The notes: a model not told the origin generated them from the letters alone. 64,000 bases of DNA from an uncultured Clostridia bacterium (GCA_944387505.1 CALXFG010000001.1:13167-77166), one strand, 5' to 3'; shown: positions 36,701-46,618, counted from the first letter of the stretch. Translations and numbers: made by a program.

Positions 36701-39700
36701 CTTTAATTGCCATCAAAATCATTACAAAATTAAGTTCTGATTTTGATATCAATCTAGGAATAAAGGATATTTTCTCTTACCCAACCATTGCTTCTCTAAG
36801 TCATTATATAGAAGCTCGTTCTTCAGAAAATATATCTATTCCTGTATCTAAAGCAAAAGTTTCTGACGCCTATCCTTTGACATCTGCACAAAAAAGAATC
36901 TTTTTTACTGTTCAAAAAGATCCATCTTCTCTTATGTATAATACACCTGGAGGAATTCTTTTTGATGCTGTGCCAAATATAAAGAAATTAGAAACATCTA
37001 TTAATCAATTAATTGCATCTCATGATTCTTTAAGAACTTATTTTGTTATTAAAGATGATGATGTTAAACAAAAAATATTACCAAACTATAAAATAAAACT
37101 GGAAGTTTTAGATGACGAATATAGTCATTTAGATACTCTATTTAATCAATTTTTAAAACCTTTTGATTTACACACAGCACCTTTATTCAGAGTTCAATTG
37201 GTAAAATTTGATAATGGTAAATCTATATTATTTACGGATTTTCACCATATCATTTGTGATGGAATTTCTATTGCCACTTTTACAGATGAACTTTGCAAAT
37301 TATATAATGGAGAAGAAATTACTATAGATGAATTTGATTATAAAGACTACACTGTATATGAAGAAAACTATTTCAATAGCAAACTTTATCAATCTGATAA
37401 AGACTATTGGAATACTAAATTTTCTTCTGACATACCTGTCTTAAACATGCCAACAACTTATCCAAGACCTACTACCTATTCTAATATAGGTGATCATGTG
37501 CAAAGTTATATTCTAGATATCGATAAGATATCTACTTTATGCACTCAATTAAATACAACTCCATATATATTTATGTTATGTGTATATTATATTCTTTTAT
37601 ATAAGTATACAAATCAAAACGAAATCATTGTGGGAACACCTGTAGCAAATAGGACGGTCAAGGAATTTAGCCATACACTTGGTATGTTTGTTAATACTTT
37701 AGCCTTAAAAAATACGATTGATGCAACAAAATCTTTTAAAGACTTTGTATCTGAAATAACCAAGCACTGTTTAGAAGATTTGGAACATCAAGCATATCCT
37801 TTTGATAAATTGGTTGAAGATTTAGACATCCCTAGGGATTTGTCAAGAAATCTATTATTTGATACGATGTTTGTTTTTCAAAATGAAGAAAAAATAGACC
37901 TTGATTTTGGAAAATTACATACAGATATCTATACGCCAAATACCAAAACATCAAAGTTCGACTTTATGTTAGAAATCACACCTGAAAAGAATTTTTATAG
38001 ATTGAATTTAGAATATTCAACAAAATTATATAGTGAAAAATTTATGCAAGATTTCTTAAAATATTATACCCAAATATGGGATAGTGTTACTAATAATATG
38101 GATATAAAAATCTCTGAGATATCTATGTTATCTGAAGAAGAAAAAGATGCCATATTAAAAACTTGCTATAACCAGTCACTAGAATATCCTAAAGATACAA
38201 GTATTATAGAATTGTTTGAAGAGCAAGAAAGAAAACATCCAAATGCGATTGCTCTTAATGATAATGGAAATGCATTAACTTATAAACAATTGAAAGATAA
38301 AGTATATCAATTTAGTAACTTTTTAATAAAAAAAGGTATTCAAAAAGGAGATTATGTTGCCACTTTATTAAATCGTTCTACAAACTTAATTGTTGCCATG
38401 TTATCCATTATGAAATGTGGTGCTGTTTACTTACCAATTTCTAAGAGTTTTCCAGAAGATAGAATTCGCTATATTCTTGAAGATTCTAAGGCAACATTAT
38501 TAATTACAGATGCTTATACTTTAGATTTACCTGTACAAACTGTACATATAAATCACATTGACCTAAACACATACCCTACTATTGATATTTGTGTTCACAC
38601 CTTACCTGATGACCCTATTTATAGTATTTATACTTCTGGAACCACAGGAAATCCTAAGGGTGTTATTGTGATGAATAAAAACTTGAATAATTTTATTCAT
38701 AGTTTTAATAAGTTATATGGCGATTCTGTTGATACAAATGATATTTGTTTAGCAAGTACAAGCATTGCTTTTGATGTTAGTATATGGGAATTCTTCTTTA
38801 CATTGTTAAATGGTGCTACTCTTTATTTATATAAATATGAAACGATTGAAGATATATTTGATTTTTGTAACACATTACTAGAAGAAAAAATTACGATGGC
38901 ATATCTTCCTCCAAATATTTTAAATGAAGTATATGTTATCTTATCTCAAAGTAGTAAAAAAACGCATTTAGAAAAAATATTAATTGGTGTTGAACCAATT
39001 AAAACATCTATTATACAAAAATATTTTGAGTTAAACCCTTCTATGAAAATCGTTAATGGATATGGTCCAACAGAAACCACTATCTGTTCAACCGCTTTTC
39101 AAGTAACACCATCAAATTGTAAAAAATATAATATCGTTCCTATTGGAAAACCTTTATATAATTTACATGGATACATATTAGATAAAGATTTAAATTTAGT
39201 ACCAAATGGTATTCCTGGAACTTTATATATTGCTGGTGACAATGTTTCAAAAGGGTATTTAAATAAAAAAACTTTAACAAAAGAAAAATATATACCATCT
39301 CCATTCCATGAAGATGAAATCATGTATACAACTGGTGATGTTGTAAAACGATTACCTGATGGCAATATTTCTTTTATTGGAAGAGATGATAATCAAATTA
39401 AACTAAATGGACACAGAATCGAATTAAGTGAAATATCAAATTGTATTTTAAATTATCCTTCTATTACAAAATGTATTGTATTAGTAAAAGAAACCAAAAA
39501 TACAAAATCTTTAGTTGCGTATTTCACAGCTGAAAATAAGATTATTATAAACGACTTACGTAATTTCTTATCTATGAAATTACCTTTATATAGTATTCCA
39601 AATCATTTTGTACAATTAGAAAAATTTGTTTTAACAGCTAATGGAAAAATTGATAAAAAGTACTTGGAAACTATTAAAATTAAAGAAAATACAAATTATG

Positions 39701-41169
39701 AAGCACCTAGAAATGATTTTGAGAAAAAACTTGCTAATTTGTGGAAAGATTTATTAAATGTTGATAAAGTTGGAATTAATGATGATTTCTTTGAATTAGG
39801 TGGGGATTCTTTAATTGCAATTAAACTACAAATTCAAGCTTTTAAACAAGGACTAACTATTTCTTATTCAGATATATTCTCACATTCTACCATCAAGAAA
39901 TTATCAGAAAAGATTGGTGTTCATGATGATGACAAAGCAAAATTAGCCATCAAATCATATGATTATTCTAAAATTGATGAGGTATTAAAAATAAATACAT
40001 TACCAATTTTAAAGACCTTTAAAGAAACCACTATTAAAAATGTACTTTTAACTGGTGTTACAGGTTTTGTTGGTATTCATATTTTAGAAAAATTACTAAA
40101 TATGACAGATGCAACCATTTATTGCTTAGTCCGTAATAAAAATAATATTTCTTATATAGATAGATTATATAAAATTATGCAATTCTATTTTGGAAACAAA
40201 TATAACAATTTGATTGGTTCTCGTATTAAAATGGTACGTGGGGATATTACACTTAAAAACCTAGGAATTGCTGATGAGGATTTTCAAAAATTAACCAAAA
40301 ATCTTTCTTGTGTGATTAATAGTGCTGCCATTGTAAAACATTACGGAAAATCAACTGAATTTGATAAAATTAATATCAATGGTGTTAATAATATTATCGA
40401 TTTTTGTAGTCATTTGCAAATCCCTCTATATCACTTATCTACATTAAGTGTTTCTGGTAATGTCTTTTCAGAAGGTAGTTTTTCTGGTTCTTCTGTTGAA
40501 GAAAAAACGACATTTAGAGAATCTAATCTATATATTAAGCAAGATATTTCAAATATATATGTATATACAAAATTTATGGCTGAAAAATGTATTTTAGAAG
40601 CGATTCAAAAGAAAAAGCTACAAGGTACCATCATCCGATTAGGAAATATCACCAATCGCTATTCTGATGGTAAATTCCAAATTAATATTTCAGAAAATGC
40701 ATTTTTGAACAGAATTATCACATTTATAAAATTAGGTGCTATACCAGATTATCTATTAGATGGTTATTGTGAATTTACACCTGTTGATTATGTAGCAGAT
40801 GCTATTGTTAGAATTGTAAAATATAAACATCCATATACAGTATTACATGTATATAATAGTAATCACATTCCTATGGAAAAAATGATTTCTATTTTCAAAC
40901 AATATGGAATTACTATTGATATTTTACCGGAAAATCAATTTATTGAAAAAGTAAATCAAACATTGGCAAATAACGAAAATGATTTATCTGGAATTATTAA
41001 TGATTTTGACACAAATAAAAAATTAATATATGATTCAAATGTCATCTTAAATAATGATTTTACAAATGAATTTTTGGCCAAGTTGTCTTTTAAATGGTGC
41101 TCAATTGATAAAACTTATCTATTTAAATATTTAGATTATTTAAAAACACTTGGACTTATAGGAGGTTAA
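33757..41169 (+). CDS. bimodular non-ribosomal peptide synthetase, C-A-T-C-A-T-R
   Basis: Two HHxxxD condensation boxes (HHLISDAW, HHIICDGIS). Two adenylation cores (YTSGSTGLPKGV..GELCITGDGVSLGY..YKTGDLAKW..GRNDFQIKIRGLRIELEEI, and YTSGTTGNPKGV..NGYGPTETT..YTTGDVVKR..GRDDNQIKLNGHRIELSEI). Two carrier sites (LGGDSLIAIK). Terminal reductase (LLTGVTGFVGIHILEKL Rossmann motif, YVYTKFMAEK). Start taken at ATG 33757, 6 nt after GGAGG. Confidence 0.92.
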   Translation: MLENNIYELTSSQKNIWDTELFFSNSNLNNIGGYVLIKDKVNFTLLEKALNLYAQKNDSLHLKLKLINGTPYQYIEDFSDMSIDLVSLKDLDEVTEFNKKIVEKPFILFHSFLFSFTMFQLPDGTGGFNATLHHLISDAWNMSLLINEVMGFYSSLLKNEKIDDSKFPSYIDYIHSQENYLSSSRYQKDEAFWHTLFDNEFDVCYISNKNKHELDTRAKRKTFQLSNDIYTKILDLCKNSNCSIYTFFMAIYSLYLSKMNHATSPIIGTPVLNRSGVKEKHTSGMFISTIPFKVDIDKTQPFSGFLKTVAGMQMSIFKHQKYPYDKLLKYIKKKHNLTESPYDLVLSYQNARDESKSSDVHYYSKWIESGHTLDSLEVHFYDMDNTGTLDIFYDYQMNKFNEEEISHMHSRILSMVDFVLQNPDIPLSSVEITDKEEKQLILKDFNHTDLDYDRNESILHVFKKQVEKNASSLALVFEDTTYTYRELDLLSNQLANYLLSLNLPKNSIIGIMLNRSANTIISMLAILKANMAYMLIEKDLPSDRIQYMLTNAKSPLLLTAYDVNYIDFTNTVYLDTLNWEELSSQEIPIQDKPADYLSVVYTSGSTGLPKGVLIKRFSMINLVNGYRYSMHTDSLSHFLSICSVAFDMFAAEVWIALLSGKKLILANEEQSKNPIPMSKLINKEKCEFMLITSSKMDLLLSNNTTSACLKHLKAIQLGGEVLDPKFFDKVSQFTNAKIYNGYGPSETTSCCTCKYITDSQDINLGKPLPNVQIYICDEDLNLCPIGLVGELCITGDGVSLGYINNPELTNKKFVKNPFGKGLLYKTGDLAKWTANGDIVYIGRNDFQIKIRGLRIELEEINNAIKALPDVHNSVTIVRKIRNIDTICSFIVSSQEDVTEIKNALAKRLPHYMIPSHIVFMEALPLTVNGKIDTKKLPEIVVDDVYIAPKTELEKTLASVFEEFLSVENISIDSNFFQLGGDSLIAIKIITKLSSDFDINLGIKDIFSYPTIASLSHYIEARSSENISIPVSKAKVSDAYPLTSAQKRIFFTVQKDPSSLMYNTPGGILFDAVPNIKKLETSINQLIASHDSLRTYFVIKDDDVKQKILPNYKIKLEVLDDEYSHLDTLFNQFLKPFDLHTAPLFRVQLVKFDNGKSILFTDFHHIICDGISIATFTDELCKLYNGEEITIDEFDYKDYTVYEENYFNSKLYQSDKDYWNTKFSSDIPVLNMPTTYPRPTTYSNIGDHVQSYILDIDKISTLCTQLNTTPYIFMLCVYYILLYKYTNQNEIIVGTPVANRTVKEFSHTLGMFVNTLALKNTIDATKSFKDFVSEITKHCLEDLEHQAYPFDKLVEDLDIPRDLSRNLLFDTMFVFQNEEKIDLDFGKLHTDIYTPNTKTSKFDFMLEITPEKNFYRLNLEYSTKLYSEKFMQDFLKYYTQIWDSVTNNMDIKISEISMLSEEEKDAILKTCYNQSLEYPKDTSIIELFEEQERKHPNAIALNDNGNALTYKQLKDKVYQFSNFLIKKGIQKGDYVATLLNRSTNLIVAMLSIMKCGAVYLPISKSFPEDRIRYILEDSKATLLITDAYTLDLPVQTVHINHIDLNTYPTIDICVHTLPDDPIYSIYTSGTTGNPKGVIVMNKNLNNFIHSFNKLYGDSVDTNDICLASTSIAFDVSIWEFFFTLLNGATLYLYKYETIEDIFDFCNTLLEEKITMAYLPPNILNEVYVILSQSSKKTHLEKILIGVEPIKTSIIQKYFELNPSMKIVNGYGPTETTICSTAFQVTPSNCKKYNIVPIGKPLYNLHGYILDKDLNLVPNGIPGTLYIAGDNVSKGYLNKKTLTKEKYIPSPFHEDEIMYTTGDVVKRLPDGNISFIGRDDNQIKLNGHRIELSEISNCILNYPSITKCIVLVKETKNTKSLVAYFTAENKIIINDLRNFLSMKLPLYSIPNHFVQLEKFVLTANGKIDKKYLETIKIKENTNYEAPRNDFEKKLANLWKDLLNVDKVGINDDFFELGGDSLIAIKLQIQAFKQGLTISYSDIFSHSTIKKLSEKIGVHDDDKAKLAIKSYDYSKIDEVLKINTLPILKTFKETTIKNVLLTGVTGFVGIHILEKLLNMTDATIYCLVRNKNNISYIDRLYKIMQFYFGNKYNNLIGSRIKMVRGDITLKNLGIADEDFQKLTKNLSCVINSAAIVKHYGKSTEFDKININGVNNIIDFCSHLQIPLYHLSTLSVSGNVFSEGSFSGSSVEEKTTFRESNLYIKQDISNIYVYTKFMAEKCILEAIQKKKLQGTIIRLGNITNRYSDGKFQINISENAFLNRIITFIKLGAIPDYLLDGYCEFTPVDYVADAIVRIVKYKHPYTVLHVYNSNHIPMEKMISIFKQYGITIDILPENQFIEKVNQTLANNENDLSGIINDFDTNKKLIYDSNVILNNDFTNEFLAKLSFKWCSIDKTYLFKYLDYLKTLGLIGG
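33790..35050 (+). other. NRPS condensation domain 1 (starter-type position); boundaries approximate
   Basis: HHLISDAW at 34153-34176, at the very N-terminus of the protein. Confidence 0.6.
35150..36580 (+). other. NRPS adenylation domain 1; boundaries approximate
   Basis: SGSTGLPKG near 35560, NGKIDTKKLP near 36540. Confidence 0.65.
36610..36820 (+). other. NRPS thiolation (PCP) domain 1; boundaries approximate
   Basis: GGDSL at 36691-36705. Confidence 0.65.
36870..38140 (+). other. NRPS condensation domain 2; boundaries approximate
   Basis: HHIICDG at 37243-37263. Confidence 0.65.
38230..39680 (+). other. NRPS adenylation domain 2; boundaries approximate
   Basis: SGTTGNPKG near 38635, NGKIDKKYL near 39640. 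Confidence 0.65.
39715..39920 (+). other. NRPS thiolation (PCP) domain 2; boundaries approximate
   Basis: GGDSL at 39799-39813. Confidence 0.65.
40030..41100 (+). other. NRPS terminal thioester reductase (R) domain; boundaries approximate
   Basis: TGVTGFVG NAD(P)-binding motif near 40051 and YxxxK (YTKFMAEK) near 40565. There is no TE domain. Confidence 0.65.
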
Positions 41170-41173
41170 TATT

Positions 41174-42985
41174 ATGGTATTAGTTGGTAATGCCGCTTTA
41201 GTTGCTTTATTAATATCTACTTTATTATTATTTACATTGTTATTTATCAATGTAAAAGTAAAAAAGAAAAAACAAATTAATTGGTGCTTTATCGCGATTA
41301 TTATTTGTTTACTAATTTGTTGTATTGGACAAATGTTATCCATTATTATTCCTAGGTTTTATGATATTGAACCTATTTACTTTGATTATTTTGTATATAT
41401 AGGAACTTGTTTTTTGCCAATTACTTTCCTATTTTTTGGATTAACGTTTGCCAAAACTAAAATCCATTTTAAAAAGAGATATCTACTATTATTTATTATA
41501 CCAATTTTAACATTATTCATTTTGTGGACAAATGATTTTCATCATTTGTTCTACATAAAGTATGCTGTCCTAAACTCTGAGACAGTTTTTGGACCATATT
41601 TTCCTATACACTCTTTGTACACTTATGCCTTAATCTTTGTTGGTGTATTTTACTTGATTAGATACTCTATTAAAAATACAGGATTCTTCTCAAAACAATC
41701 TGTACTTTTAATTTTAGGTGTTATCTTTCCTTTAGCAATTAACATTGTTGGATTATTTGGTGTAGAAATGAGTATTTATGTAACACCTATATCTTTCACA
41801 ACCACTGTATTATTCTTTTCAATAGCTATTTTGAAGTTTAACTTTTTAAATGTTACACCAATTGCTTTACAAACAGTTGTTGATAGAATGTCTGACGGAT
41901 ATATTGTATTAGATGAAAACAATACAATCATTGATTTTAACAAGACATTTTTAAGTATGGTAAAATTAACAGGTTCACAATTACGTGGTAAAGATTTCTT
42001 TTCTTTATTTAGTGATAATAAAAACTTTAAAATAGATGGTGATTTATTTAAAAACTATCTAAAACAAGTTCAAACAAATAGTAAAACATTTTCTATTCCA
42101 TTAGAAGTTACTAATGAAGATAAATATTTTAATATTGAAATATCTGGAATTGAATCACATGGTTCCATACTTGGTGCTCTTATTTTAATAAAAGATATTT
42201 CTCAACATATACATGACTTAAAAATCATCAATGATAACCAAGAAACCTTAATGGAAAGAGAACGTTTAGCTTCACTTGGACAGTTAATTGGTGGAATTGC
42301 ACACAACTTAAAAACACCTATTATGTCTATTTCTGGTGCAGCAGAAGGATTACATGATTTAGTAACAGAATATGATGCATCTATTGATGATCCAAGAGTA
42401 ACACATCAAGACCATCATGATATTGCAAAAGAAATGTTTTCTTGGATTGATAAAATCAAAACACATACAGAGTATATGTCAGATATTATTACTGCTGTTA
42501 AAGGACAAGCTGTCACTTTGTCTGAAACAGATTCTGTCCATTTTACTCTTGATGAATTGGTAAAACGTGTTGATATTTTAATGAAACATGAATTGAAAAA
42601 CGCAATCATCTATTTAAACATTTCTATGAAAACAGATGAAAATACCGTTATCAATGGTGATATTAATAGTTTGGTTCAGGTTATCAATAATATGATTTCT
42701 AATGCTATCCAAGCATATAATGGTCAGACAAATAAAAACATTGAATTAATATTAGAAACTAAAAATAACAATGTATATATTTCTGTAAAGGACTATGCTA
42801 GTGGAATACCTAGAAAAGTACAAGATAAATTATTCAAAGAAATGATTACAACAAAAGGAAAAAATGGTACTGGATTAGGTTTGTATATGTCTTACTCTAC
42901 TATAAAAGCTCACTTCAATGGTGATATTACTTTTACATCAGAGGAAGGAAAGGGAACCACTTTTACAATCATATTACCAGTATAA
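41174..42985 (+). CDS. sensor histidine kinase with N-terminal 7TM domain, PAS, HisKA and HATPase
   Basis: About 7 hydrophobic helices in the first 230 aa. PAS-like DRMSDGYIVLDENNTIIDFNKTF. H-box LGQLIGGIAHNLKTPI. G-boxes KDYASGIP, GTGLGLYMS. ATG lies 8 nt after GGAGG and 4 nt after the NRPS stop. Confidence 0.85.
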   Translation: MVLVGNAALVALLISTLLLFTLLFINVKVKKKKQINWCFIAIIICLLICCIGQMLSIIIPRFYDIEPIYFDYFVYIGTCFLPITFLFFGLTFAKTKIHFKKRYLLLFIIPILTLFILWTNDFHHLFYIKYAVLNSETVFGPYFPIHSLYTYALIFVGVFYLIRYSIKNTGFFSKQSVLLILGVIFPLAINIVGLFGVEMSIYVTPISFTTTVLFFSIAILKFNFLNVTPIALQTVVDRMSDGYIVLDENNTIIDFNKTFLSMVKLTGSQLRGKDFFSLFSDNKNFKIDGDLFKNYLKQVQTNSKTFSIPLEVTNEDKYFNIEISGIESHGSILGALILIKDISQHIHDLKIINDNQETLMERERLASLGQLIGGIAHNLKTPIMSISGAAEGLHDLVTEYDASIDDPRVTHQDHHDIAKEMFSWIDKIKTHTEYMSDIITAVKGQAVTLSETDSVHFTLDELVKRVDILMKHELKNAIIYLNISMKTDENTVINGDINSLVQVINNMISNAIQAYNGQTNKNIELILETKNNNVYISVKDYASGIPRKVQDKLFKEMITTKGKNGTGLGLYMSYSTIKAHFNGDITFTSEEGKGTTFTIILPV

Positions 42986-43318
42986 CTTTCTATTTGTTAA
43001 AAGCAAAATATGTTATCCATTTTTTGAAATTACACTCGTAACCAAAAGCAAGATAAATACTTAATAATGTTGAGTTTATCATATTTCATCACTGACCACG
43101 TAATAAAAAATTTTGATAACATATCTAGTTTCTCATTAAAAAAAGAATTGTATAGTTGCATTTTAAATTAGATTTTTTGATATTTTACATGAAATTTCTA
43201 TAAAACACATAGTGACAAAAATCGAGTTTTTTACACACAAAATCGTGTAAAATGCTTGATTTTTATTTTTTTTATGAATATAATAATGAAAATGGGGTGT
43301 TAAAAAAAGGGGGGTATT

Positions 43319-44398
43319 ATGAGAACACATTTACATGGTGTAGAAAATACAGAAAACATAGAAAATAATACATATCGAATTATCGCTGTAGATGATGAAG
43401 AAGGTATTGTAGATTCTTTGTCTATATTTTTAAAACGTTCTGGATATGATTTCACTGGTGTTACAGATCCGCGACAAGCTATTCAACTTGTAAAAGAAGA
43501 ACATTTTGATTTAATGGTTTTAGACTTTATCATGACACCTTTTCATGGAGACCAAGTCGTTGAAGAAATCAGAAAATTTAATAAAGATTTATATATTTTA
43601 TTATTAACAGGACATAAAGATTTAGCACCTCCGCTAGAAACGATTAGAAGATTAGATATTCAAGGATATTGTGAAAAAAGTGATAAATTCGACCAATTAC
43701 TTTTATTAATTGAATCTGGAATAAAATCTATTAAGCAAATGAATGAAATAAAAGAAATCAATACGAAATTATCTGATACCTACGAAAAATTGGAACAAGC
43801 ATATTTGGATTCTATCAAAACATTACGTTACACGATTGAAGCAAAAGATGTTTATACAAGAGGACATTCTGATAGAGTTGCTGCTTATTCTGTTTTAATT
43901 GGTAAAAAACTAGGCTTATCAGATGAAGACTTACATACATTAGAAATTGGTGGATTATTCCATGACATTGGAAAAATTGGTGTTCCAGATAGCATATTAT
44001 TAAAAGAATCTAAACTAACAGATGAAGAATATTCTCAAATTAAACAACATCCTAATATTGGTGTTCATATCTTATCAAATGCTTCTATATTTGATGATAT
44101 ATTACCAATCGTAGAACACCATCATGAAAAATATGATGGAACAGGATATCCAGGAAAACTTGCAGGAAATGACATTCCATATTTAGCAAGAATCACAACG
44201 ATTGCAGATAGTTTTGACGCTATGGCCTCTAGAAGAGCTTATCGTAATTCTCTAGATTTAGATACCATTATTTCTGAATTCGAAAGATGTAGAGGAACAC
44301 AATTTGACCCAGAATTAGATGATTTATTCTTAGATATTTTAAGAAATCATTATGATGAAATACAAGAAATACAAGAAAAATATAAACCTGAACAATAA
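43319..44398 (+). CDS. response regulator with HD-GYP output domain (c-di-GMP phosphodiesterase type)
   Basis: REC motifs (IIAVDDEEG, DLMVLDFIMTPFHG, LLTGH). HD (RGHSDRVA...LFHDIGKIGV) and HHEKYDGTGYP motifs. Confidence 0.85.
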   Translation: MRTHLHGVENTENIENNTYRIIAVDDEEGIVDSLSIFLKRSGYDFTGVTDPRQAIQLVKEEHFDLMVLDFIMTPFHGDQVVEEIRKFNKDLYILLLTGHKDLAPPLETIRRLDIQGYCEKSDKFDQLLLLIESGIKSIKQMNEIKEINTKLSDTYEKLEQAYLDSIKTLRYTIEAKDVYTRGHSDRVAAYSVLIGKKLGLSDEDLHTLEIGGLFHDIGKIGVPDSILLKESKLTDEEYSQIKQHPNIGVHILSNASIFDDILPIVEHHHEKYDGTGYPGKLAGNDIPYLARITTIADSFDAMASRRAYRNSLDLDTIISEFERCRGTQFDPELDDLFLDILRNHYDEIQEIQEKYKPEQ

Positions 44399-44423
44399 GG
44401 ACGTGCCAAATCGGCACGTCCTT
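44397..44423. terminator. bidirectional terminator between convergent genes
   Basis: AAGGACGTGCC-AAATC-GGCACGTCCTT perfect 11-bp stem. Confidence 0.75.
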
Positions 44424-46605
44424 ACACTTTCATAGAAAGTCCTACTTTTTGTCTTTCTTTATCTATTTTGATAACTTTTACTTTTACTATATCCCCTACT
44501 GAAACTACATCTGATGGATTTTTTATAAATTTATCACTCATTTCTGAAATGTGAACAAGTCCATCATGTTTTACACCAATATCTACAAATGCACCAAAAT
44601 CAATCACATTTCTAACCGTTCCTGTTAATACCATGCCTTCTTTTAAGTCATCTAATTTTAATACATCACTTCTTAAAATTGGTTTTGGCATGTCTTCACG
44701 AGGATCTCTTCCTGGTTTTGATAATTCTTCAATAATATCTGTTAATGTCATTTCGCCTATATTTAATTCTTTTGCCATTTCTTGAACATTAACACTTTTC
44801 AATTTTATTCTTAATTCTTCTAATTTTTCTTTATCTTTTAAATCATTTTTATCAAATCCTAATTGATTTAATAGTTTTTCTGTTGGTTCATAACTTTCTG
44901 GGTGAACAGCTGTCACTTCTAATGGATTATCTCCATCAAATATTCTTAAAAATCCTGCACATTGTTCAAATGCTACTTTTCCAAGCTTTGGAACTTTTAA
45001 TAATTCTTTTCTATTTTTTAGTTTTCCATTTTCATCTCTATATTTTACAATATTTTTCGCTATGGTTTTATTAATTCCTGAAACATAAGAAAGTAATGAT
45101 GGTGTCGCTGTGTTTACATCAACACCTACTTTGTTAACACTATCTTCTACCACTCCTGTTAAACTTTCTTGCAATTTCTTTTGATTGACATCATGTTGAT
45201 ATTGTCCTACTCCAATTGCTTTTGGATCTATTTTAACCAATTCTGCTAATGGGTCTTGCAAACGTCTGGCAATAGAAATCGCTCCTCTAATAGATACATT
45301 AATATCTGGATATTCTTCTGTTGCTAATTTTGATGCAGAATATACAGATGCTCCTGCTTCACTAACAATCACATAATGTACATCCCTTGAAGCTTCTTTT
45401 ATCATATCTGCTACAAACATTTCTGACTCTCTTGATGCTGTTCCATTTCCAATGACTATCATATCGACTTTATCTTTTTCAATTAATTTTAATAATTCTT
45501 TCTTCGCGCCTTCTACATCATTTTGAGGTTCTGTTGGATATACAGTTGTATAATCTAGTAATTTTCCTGTTTCATCAATAACAGCAATTTTACATCCTGT
45601 TCTATATGCTGGATCAAATCCCATGACTGTTTTTCCTTTGATTGGTGCCCCTAGCAATAATTGTTTTGAATTTTTACCAAATACTTTAATAGCTTTATCT
45701 TCTGCCTTTTCTGTTAAATCTGAACGAATTTCTCTATCAATTGATGGTTCAATTAATCTTTTAAAACTGTCTAAAATGGTATCTTTTAGCATTTGAGTAA
45801 ATTGTGTTTCACCTTTTATCATATCTCTTTCTATATATGCTAATATTTTTTCTTCTGGTTTTTCAATTTTTACTTTTAGAAAATCCTCTTTTTCTCCACG
45901 GTTAATGGCTAATATTCTATGACTTGGTATGTATTTTATCGCTTCTTGATAATCATAATACATCTCATAATTTGATTTTTCTTCTGGCTTTGTAGCTTTT
46001 GTTTGGATAGTTGCTTCTCTATAACATATTCTCTTGATTTGTTTTCTATATTTACTATTATCTGAAATATCTTCTGCAATAATGTCTAAAGCACCTTGCA
46101 CAGCATCTTCCGGTGTTGCCACAACTTTGTCTTTATTCTTTTTATCCTCTTCTGATAAAGTATCCATATTCACATATTCTTTTGCAATTTCTAAAATTGG
46201 TCTTGTTTCTGTTTGTTCGATAATAATATTTGCCAATGGCTCTAGTCCTTTTGCCTTTGCAACTGTTGCTCTTGTTTTTTTCTTTTGTTTATATGGTCTA
46301 TAGATATCTTCTACTTCTGCTAATGTTTTACAAATCGCAATTGATTGTAAGATTTCATCTGTCAATTTTCCTTGTTCATCAATTGATTTTACAACTTCTT
46401 CTTTTCTTTGTTCTAAATTTCTTAAGTAATTTAATCTTTCTCCTAAATCCCTAAGGATTTCGTCACTTAGTCCTCCTGTTACTTCTTTTCTATAACGTGC
46501 AATAAAGGGAATGGTATTCCCTTCATCAATTAATTTTATTGTAGCCTCTACTTGTTTTGGCTTAATATTTAATTCTTCTGCAATTGTATTAATAATTTTA
46601 TCCAT
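44422..46605 (-). CDS. tex: Tex-family transcription accessory protein (YqgF, HhH and S1 domains)
   Basis: IAEELNIKPKQVEATIKLIDEGNTIPFIARYRKE start, central RuvC/YqgF-like region, C-terminal S1 domain (GTVRNVIDFGAFVDIG...GLVHISE). Start taken at MDKII (46605) with an AAAGGA RBS. Confidence 0.9.
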   Translation of the reverse strand: MDKIINTIAEELNIKPKQVEATIKLIDEGNTIPFIARYRKEVTGGLSDEILRDLGERLNYLRNLEQRKEEVVKSIDEQGKLTDEILQSIAICKTLAEVEDIYRPYKQKKKTRATVAKAKGLEPLANIIIEQTETRPILEIAKEYVNMDTLSEEDKKNKDKVVATPEDAVQGALDIIAEDISDNSKYRKQIKRICYREATIQTKATKPEEKSNYEMYYDYQEAIKYIPSHRILAINRGEKEDFLKVKIEKPEEKILAYIERDMIKGETQFTQMLKDTILDSFKRLIEPSIDREIRSDLTEKAEDKAIKVFGKNSKQLLLGAPIKGKTVMGFDPAYRTGCKIAVIDETGKLLDYTTVYPTEPQNDVEGAKKELLKLIEKDKVDMIVIGNGTASRESEMFVADMIKEASRDVHYVIVSEAGASVYSASKLATEEYPDINVSIRGAISIARRLQDPLAELVKIDPKAIGVGQYQHDVNQKKLQESLTGVVEDSVNKVGVDVNTATPSLLSYVSGINKTIAKNIVKYRDENGKLKNRKELLKVPKLGKVAFEQCAGFLRIFDGDNPLEVTAVHPESYEPTEKLLNQLGFDKNDLKDKEKLEELRIKLKSVNVQEMAKELNIGEMTLTDIIEELSKPGRDPREDMPKPILRSDVLKLDDLKEGMVLTGTVRNVIDFGAFVDIGVKHDGLVHISEMSDKFIKNPSDVVSVGDIVKVKVIKIDKERQKVGLSMKV

Positions 46606-46618
46606 TCTTGTATCCTTT

